Positions 56,619 to 64,000 of a DNA stretch of 64,000 bases are shown in pieces. The notes below the pieces were generated by a model. It did no database searches. It was not told where the DNA came from and was given only the letters and a program-made list of their open reading frames with translations. Source of the DNA: Octopus vulgaris (lineage: Eukaryota); assembly GCA_951406725.2 (NCBI GenBank), contig OX597826.1, forward strand, positions 61,318,001-61,382,000. The letters run 5' to 3'. Every line of letters starts with the position of its first letter. Within the stretch, counting starts at the first letter, position 1. Made by a program: the position numbers and the translations under genes.

Positions 56619-57284
56619 TATATATATATATATACACACACACATATATTCATACATGTACATATATATATATATATATATATATGCACATATACAACAT
56701 ATACACATACATACATAGGGAAATGAAGAGAGAGAAAGAGTGAAAGAGGGAGAGAGAGTATAACGCCGCCCTCTGAAAGCTGCATAATTCTAGAAAGAGG
56801 GCTGATAAATTATAAACAGGTGGTTAATATCGATAGATCGATACACAAACAGTCAGACAGATTATATATCAGGATGAGTGTAGTGACTGGTTAAAAATAG
56901 CCATGTCGTAGAGTAGACTGCTAGCTACCAGCACACAGAATTGGTCAAAGGCATGAATTTTGATTTTCCCAGTGTATTAGCGTTAAAACTAACTATTAAT
57001 ACATTTAGGGGCATAGGCACGACAGTCACTGATTTTATTTTTAAATTAGGTGGTGTTGGGGAGGGGTAGGGCGGTTACTAAAAACTCTACTGTTCGTCTG
57101 ACATCTTGTGTCTGATAAATCAATATACTCTTGTTCATAATAAACACCATAAGCTGGCTAGAAATGATAGGATGCTACATGAGAGAGAGAGAGAGAGAGA
57201 GAAAGAATCTATGATGTGTGTGTCTGTCTAATACATAATGTACATTTGAACAGATAAACTACGTATTTTATACACTTCATACAT

Positions 57285-57346
<62 letters not shown>

Positions 57347-57945
57347 TATTGCGCGCGCAAGAGAGAGAAGGTGCTGAAAGGTTCTTGGCCTTGGGTAAGA
57401 GAAAATATAGGAGGATCAGTTAATTATGGTTTTATTCAACATATTCCCCTCTCAGATTCATACACTTACTACTGCACCGTCCTTCAGTTTTTTCTAAGCC
57501 CTATAAAAGAACTCGCGAAAGGCTGGGCCTCCAGCGCAACCTTTCGCGAAACCCTTAAAACCAAAAACCTTTTCAGCACCCCCGCCCCTCGTATGTACAT
57601 AATGCATTGCAATATGCGATTATATGTACACAATACACCACACACACACAAACACTAACACACACACTGTGTTGAAAGGAGCTAGTTAAGATGAACGGAA
57701 AAACATGCAAATCGTTAAACACCAAGATATAAAAACCCGAATGTGCTATACAGGTGATGGATTTAGAGCCAATTGAATGTGCCTCGGTGTTTTGCTGATA
57801 TCAAATCAATTTATATGAGGCGTCAACTGATCGAAGCCGAAGTTGACTTCAACGAATTTATTTTAAAACGAACTTGAAACTTAATAATGTTAAAACATGC
57901 ATGTAAATACATTCGCCACACAACTACGTACATTATACATACATG

Positions 57946-57998
<53 letters not shown>

Positions 57999-58001
<3 letters not shown>

Positions 58002-58122
58002 GGTCCCGGGTTGAGTCGGGGTTAACCACAGTAAATAAGGTACTCAATACATAGCAGAGTAAATTAATTTATTTTATAGAAGGAGCTTCTACAGGACTAG
58101 AACTGTTTCATTCAAATGAAAC
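57999..58122. mobile_element. Truncated inverted copy of the 49464-49656 element
   Basis: Reverse complement of ~49540-49656; lacks the CTGATGA core; ends in a small gtttcatt/aatgaaac fold-back. Confidence 0.85.
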
Positions 58123-58150
58123 ATAGGGAGAGATATATATAGGGAGAGAG

Positions 58151-58208
<58 letters not shown>

Positions 58209-58329
58209 CATATGCGCACGACCACCACCCACCCATAAATTTGTATTTTTAATAACCATTCACAAGCACCACACATAAAACTCCCTAACCCCCAAACACA
58301 CATCATACAGATTAGAGCTACAAGCAGAA

Positions 58330-58376
<47 letters not shown>

Positions 58377-60892
58377 AGATACGTGTATATGTGTAATTAC
58401 ATCCTTGAAGGTGTGTCGAACAATGCCTGTTCATCATCTAATGCAAGCAAGCTATCAACTGCAATGCAATTACGCATACACACACACACACACACACACA
58501 CACAATTAAATAAAATCTTATACGTAAAAAAAAAAGATACACACACACACACACACACGTACTGACTACCGATTCATAAATAAAAAAAAAAAACGTACAT
58601 ATTTGAGATAATGTATTAATTACGTGATCGATGTCTCCCTCCCTCCCCCTCTCTCTCTCTCTCGCGTATCTACATACACACAAAGTACAGAATACGAAAC
58701 ATCTTTTGGACAGATACACACACCATTAGTCATAAGAAACACGCACATTACAAACCACTACTCCACAGTATAAAATATATTCTACCGTTTCAATTATTAT
58801 TTTACCAATACAGTTCTACACTAGTTTCATATATATTAATGCACGCACACACACACACACACACACAAATAGATACAACACACACACACATTATATATAT
58901 ATAATGCACACACACACACATAAGATGCTAATACAAGCACACACCCTCCAATGTATGTATGTATGTATGTATGTAATATCGTGTATACATGTAGTTATTT
59001 ACTATATAAAATGTACGTTGGTATATAAATACAGATGTATGTTTATTACGAAACTGTGCCGCAGAGAGAAATAGCAAATGGTAGTGGTTGCTGCTACTGC
59101 TACTATTACTACTACTAATGCTATTAATACAACACATTTCTGACACTAAATTACTACTACCATTACGAGAGAGAGAGAGAGAGAGAGAGGGAGGGAGGCA
59201 GCTTTTACATGATCATTTGACTTGCTAAAAATAGCAGCCAAACCACATCTCAAAAATAAAGGAACGATACACTGAACAATGTAGTTGTAGAGATACCGTG
59301 TAATATTAGGTATCGAACGTCATGGTTGGAATGCCTTTGATGATAGATCTGCCGGTGTGGTGCTGACCTTAGTGCCAAACAAGGACGACTACATACTTCC
59401 AATCCTGAGGTCACGTTTGCTTTTTAGCCTTCCACAATTCGATAAAAAAAAAACAAAAAAAAAAACTAAGTACCAGTCATATACTTAGGGGTTAATTGAA
59501 CGCCGCCACCTTTCTTACTCTCCCCCCCCCTTGTGATGATGTTAAAAATATTAAGTAATGTCCATACAATATTTCGTTACATCTAAACTGAAACCTTTCA
59601 CGTAGAAGACCATGCCATTCCTTAAAATGCGTCTGAAAGGCAAACGATCGAACAAAAATGTGTTCGCGAAATTTACGTTGAGTTCGAAACCCACCGAGGT
59701 CAACTTGGCCTTTCGTTCTTCAAAGAAGCGTTGTGGAGGAGAGAGAGAGGACAACCGATCGAAACGAAAGTACCAGTCATGTACTGGTATATCTTTGTGA
59801 TCGATCAAACGCAAAACATCCTCACCTCTCCCATCCACCTTGCTTCCTTCCCCCTTAGAAAAAAAAAACTGTTGGACCTCTGTGTCTAAATTAAGAAATA
59901 GTAATTATTATTATTGTTTTAGTGTTGCCCTTGTGGAAATTAAGGACATCACTACTGCTTCTGCTGTTAATACTACTACTACTTGTACTAAAACCACCAC
60001 CCGAAACATTAAATGTCATTAACTCCATCGATCACAACAACCACAACAGGGACCGTACTATAATCACCACCACCACTATAATTGCCACTAACACCTTCAC
60101 TACAGCCACCATCAATACCGCTATCACTTGAGTCGACGAAGGAAACTGTTAGTCGCTCGACGTGGTAGTAGAAATAGCAGCCAAATCTCCCCTCAAATCA
60201 TACGCCTGTGTTCATCTGGTCATGGCTGGAATGCCTTTGATCAGATGTATACACAGACCTGACCTGGGTCTAAGCAACTACTACTACTGTCTCACACCAA
60301 ACTGCACAGTCCTAGAAACGAAAAAAAAAAATGGGATGGTCACGGGCAGGAATTCATTTGATTATAGGTTTACTTAACCAAGGTTGAGCTGCGGCTAGGC
60401 AATTGTCACAACTACCACCATTATCAGAAATCCTCCACGAAGACGCCAAATCTGCTAGAAATATTAACCAACTCTCCATCGAATCAGGTCTTAGTATCTT
60501 TAAAAAGAAGGGACATTCTGAATATATTCTATGCAACAAAACGAAACAAAAAAATAAAAACAGGGTGGAATTGGTGGTCAGAATACTTCTGATAATAGGT
60601 CTGTTCAATCAGAGCTGACCTGAGGTTCAAGAAAATGACTTAGACGCCATATACCACCGAGTTGGCGATACAGTTTCAATTCCGAGTTGGTGGACAAAGT
60701 GGCAATTTAATTTTCATCACATGGCTAACGCTCATTTAAGATGATGTGGACGTTACCCAATCCCTTTTTCCAGCACCATCACCAATAAATCCGACTCCTT
60801 ATGTCCGTCCATACAGAGAAAAATAATCCCCACACAAATTGTCTGTCCTTGTGATGTTCCCCATCATCTACGCCCCTGTGACTAACGAAAGA

Positions 60893-60927
<35 letters not shown>

Positions 60928-61339
60928 TTATGATTATTATTATAGTCTGGTAAGTGATAATGATGATCATCATCATCATCATCGCCACAATAACCAAACA
61001 GATAGAGAACACTGCGACGCTATTTCAATTTCAGGTAGAAGCCATTGCAATTGTTTTGTAAATTAATGCTACTTAATGCCGTTGGAAATGCATGAACGTC
61101 ACTACACACCCTAAATCATGAGAACGTCGTGCTCGATTAAGAAATAAAGAGCTTAAGAAAAATCATGATCATAATCGTTATTATCATTATCCGGGAAGTA
61201 AACGACTTCACTTAAGATGAGGTTATTGGCCAAGAGAAACAAAAATCACCACACCCATTTTTTCTTCCTGGGATTGGAAGATGAAAACGTTTAGAGTAAA
61301 ACTGCAAGTCAACAGAAGACGGCAAAAACATTTATATAT

Positions 61340-61469
61340 ATACACACACGCCACCGTTACACAGATATATATATATATACACACACCACCGTTACACAGA
61401 TATATATATATATCTTTATACACACCACCGTTACACAGATATATATATATACACACACCACCGTTACAC

Positions 61470-61475
<6 letters not shown>
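61340..61475. repeat. Short minisatellite (caccaccgttacacagatata...)
   Basis: About four copies separated by TA tracts. Confidence 0.85.
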
Positions 61476-61521
<46 letters not shown>

Positions 61522-61982
61522 CACCATTATACAGATATATATCACTAAAGATATATAATTACATAATTATACAATACTATATAGACATGGAATAAATGTA
61601 TAATTTTTCTCTTGTACATGCGCGTGTGTGTATATATATATACACACATACCACGGTAATTGTATATCAGAATATATAGTATTTACAGATACATAGTATA
61701 AACCTAGATGTAGATATATAGAGAACATCAATGCGTGTATATATATAAATATATATATAAGGGTACATACATATATACATGTAGAACATACACTACATAT
61801 ATATATATATAACGACACACTATATACCATAATTATATTTGCACTGTAACAAGAAATTATTATATCTATACAGATATCACTATACATGATAAGTGTATTT
61901 GAATGCGTATATTTTTATGTATAGACGTACTATATGCCAATGTATACAGTGTTTAAATATTCAATGGCTGGAACCAGTTACG

Positions 61983-62032
<50 letters not shown>

Positions 62033-62662
62033 TATATATTCGTAGATGACATCCCATCTGATGTTTACGAGTTGGTCTGTATAATTAACATGCATTATGG
62101 TAGTTATTAATTAAAAGAATAGCAAGGTTGTTTCTTGTGGCAATTGAAGAAATTAATTAGTAGATGGAATTATTATTATTATTATTACATAATAATAATA
62201 ATTATTAATATTATTATTATTAAACATGACCTAAATAGATTAAAAACAACAAACATTCATCACACAGAAATAAATATACAATCGAAAATATGTGATCTTG
62301 TATATTTTCTTGACAGACATATCTATATATGCCTTGTTTTTTTCCTTCTTGTGTGTTTGCATGTACATATACTGATTATATATATGTATATATATAAATA
62401 TATATATATATCAGGTTAATGTGTGAACAGATAAATGCTTTTGTAAATGCATATAAACATAACTTATTTATGTACGTACATATATATCGATATATATCTA
62501 TATATATCGATATATATCCATATATATACACACAGATCAAACGAAATGACAGACGTAGATGTATACAAGTACATAGAGTCGTGTGCGAATTTGTGTGTAT
62601 ACTGAAGCATTACGTACGCCTGCAATTAATATATATCATACAAATACTTATATATATATATA

Positions 62663-62693
<31 letters not shown>

Positions 62694-62876
62694 CTATATA
62701 TATATATATAACACAAATAGATATACATGCAGCTAAATATATGCTAACATGTACTACTATACATATATATATAGGGGTTGTAATATACGTACGTACGTAC
62801 GTACATACATATATGTATGTACTATCCATAACTGTGTCGGAGCATGTATAAATATGGAATAATAATGTCCACCTAC

Positions 62877-62995
62877 CTTTTAGCATTAGCTTCTGCTCCG
62901 AATAATTCATGGAAGGTAGAACTAAGAAGGTCTGCTTGAAGGAATGTGTGTATTTGATTACGTGTTTGTGGTAAGATTTGAACAGCTGCCGCCAT
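62877..62995 (-). CDS. MYCBP2: MYCBP2 coding exon 1 (MAAAVQILPQTRNQIHTFLQADLLSSTFHELFGAEANAK-R)
   Basis: AAGATGGCG start context (an in-frame ATG also at 63001). 39 open codons plus AG, then donor GTAGGT. Phase 2 fits exon 2 (AG+A=Arg). Weak recalled similarity to the N-terminal LLSGRALADRY segment of vertebrate MYCBP2. Not in ORF track. Confidence 0.8.
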
Positions 62996-63001
62996 CTTCA
63001 T

Positions 63002-63240
63002 TGAGCTGCTGCTGCTGCTATTACTATTACTACTACTACTATCACTACTACTACTACTATAACTAATAAACTAAGCCACCACCACCACCGCCGCCACTAC
63101 TATTACTATTACTACTGCTGCTTCTGCTACTACTACTACTATAAATACTGCTACCACTCCACTACTGTCTTGGCTTGATGTTACTACTACTACTACTACT
63201 ACTACAAATACTGTTGCTGCTACTACTACTATGATTAGTA
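63002..63240 (-). promoter_or_regulatory. Probable 5' UTR/promoter-proximal region rich in (GTA)n, (GCA)n and (GGT/GGC)n triplets
   Basis: Immediately upstream of the start codon; triplet repeats seen directly; TSS not identifiable. Confidence 0.45.
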
Positions 63241-63623
63241 GTATTTGTTACTCGGTTGGTGCTTGCTAGTAGAATTGGTGTGTGTGAGTGTGTGTTGTAG
63301 TAGTAACATTATGGAGATCAGAGGGAAGGGGCCAGGGGAGAATACTGTTGTAGTTATATAGTGTATGTTGAATGATGACAATAGTGGTAGTATATATAGC
63401 AGAAACGTGTGTATGTATATTGCATGCACGCATTTATACATGTCTGTATATTTATTATTATTTATTATTATTAATCCTAGTTTTCTATTGTCTGTTCGAC
63501 CCTTGTGGCCAATAAAAAAATTATCATTATTATTATTATTATTATTATTTATTTATTATTATTTATATTAACCAATACTCTTATTTTGTTGCGTTATCTA
63601 TACACGTTCAGTAGCATGAGTGT

Positions 63624-63669
<46 letters not shown>

Positions 63670-64000
63670 GTTTCTTTATTAGCCACACAGGGCTGCACAT
63701 AGACAGGACAAATTACAAGATAGATAGATAGATAGATAGATAGATATATAGGGCGTATGCATAGGTGTGTGTGTGTGTATGTATTATTTGTGCATATATG
63801 AAAGAGGAGGCGAGGCAGCATCTTGTATTTAGACCGAGAGGGAGAGATAGACAGACACAGAGAGAGATATTTATAGGATGGTGAGAATAGGGTTAAAAAT
63901 GGTGCTAGACAAATAGATAGATGCAAGAGAGTGAGGGAGTGTACTACTACTGATCGATAATTAGAGAAGGGTAGAAAGACAGCTTGGTATATAAGGAGAA

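Overview
AT-rich, microsatellite-laden animal genomic DNA. The SINE/LINE repertoire suggests a coleoid cephalopod such as Octopus (inferred). The window holds the 5' part of one minus-strand gene, MYCBP2 (PAM/Highwire/RPM-1 E3 ligase). Seven coding exons were reconstructed with GT-AG boundaries and consistent phases, from a start codon at ~62995 to an exon ending at 1300; the gene continues beyond position 1. Intron 1 is ~50.4 kb and is packed with tRNA-derived SINEs, Tc1/mariner, hAT and piggyBac-like MITEs, and a ~17 kb nest of CR1/L2-like and RTE LINE fragments in expanded (TA)n-derived repeats. The most notable signal is several short, mostly TA-flanked, often fold-back elements of unrelated sequence that each carry a type I hammerhead ribozyme fold (28.4, 41.1/41.3 and 49.5 kb). 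Degenerate minimal copies occur at 0.6, 22.2, 24.0, 26.4, 38.7 and 43.4 kb, and the 38.7 kb copy is fused to a tRNA-like Pol III head. Most ORFs in the supplied track are microsatellite or repeat artefacts. All folds and homologies were assessed by eye; repeat boundaries are approximate.
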